A stretch of 43,192 bases of DNA from positions 1 through 43,192 of IMG/VR virus record IMGVR_UViG_3300009095_000027; one strand, written 5' to 3'. A program made the position numbers and the translations under genes. Shown here piece after piece: positions 43,112-43,192 of the stretch (position 1 is the first letter of the stretch; each line of letters begins with the position of its first letter). The notes under the pieces were generated by a model that saw nothing but the letters and a program-made list of their open reading frames with translations, did no database searches and was not told where the DNA came from. The stretch comes from a virus (lineage: Duplodnaviria > Caudoviricetes).

Positions 43112-43192
43112 ACACCGCCGCCCGAGGGGAACCTGCTCGACCTCGGCTGCGGGTACGGGCCGATCGCGTTGACGCTGGCCATGCGGGCGCCG
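43112..43192 (+). other. fragment of a probably non-phage class I SAM methyltransferase gene (RsmC/MTS-like)
   Basis: frame reads TPPPEGNLLDLGCGYGPIALTLAMRAP. Confidence 0.7.

Overview
The window is an essentially complete, ~43 kb temperate siphovirus genome in excised or virion form. Bases 1-30 recur at 43002-43031, and the attP region next to the integrase looks intact. SOS-box-like sites and a two-component spanin point to a beta- or gammaproteobacterial host. The late arm on the + strand runs terS, terL, HK97-type protease, capsid, portal, collagen-like protein, neck and tail genes with a GTA-like tail tip, tail fibre, and a lysis region (GH108 endolysin, holin, Rz with embedded Rz1). The - strand carries an accessory IbrAB-like operon, two SOS-box-preceded small genes, int/xis and the early-left genes (SSB, ERF). 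These are followed by a lambda-like switch, a replication initiator with a fused primase-helicase, a DNA methylase, nin-like genes, a Q-like gene and an HNH nuclease. The most unusual elements are: (1) two CstII/Maf-like (nonulosonate-transferase-fold) genes flanking a SAM methyltransferase, translationally coupled inside the neck operon, a candidate virion glycosylation system; (2) a coupled PAPS-reductase/DUF3440 + ParB-like (IbrAB-like) operon with its own promoter, operator and HTH; (3) a short, apparently non-cleavable repressor together with a LexA-box-controlled small gene, a candidate antirepressor; (4) an orphan HicB-like domain; (5) a moron whose leader can form an anti-Shine-Dalgarno pseudoknot. 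All family assignments come from recognising motifs by eye; no searches were run.
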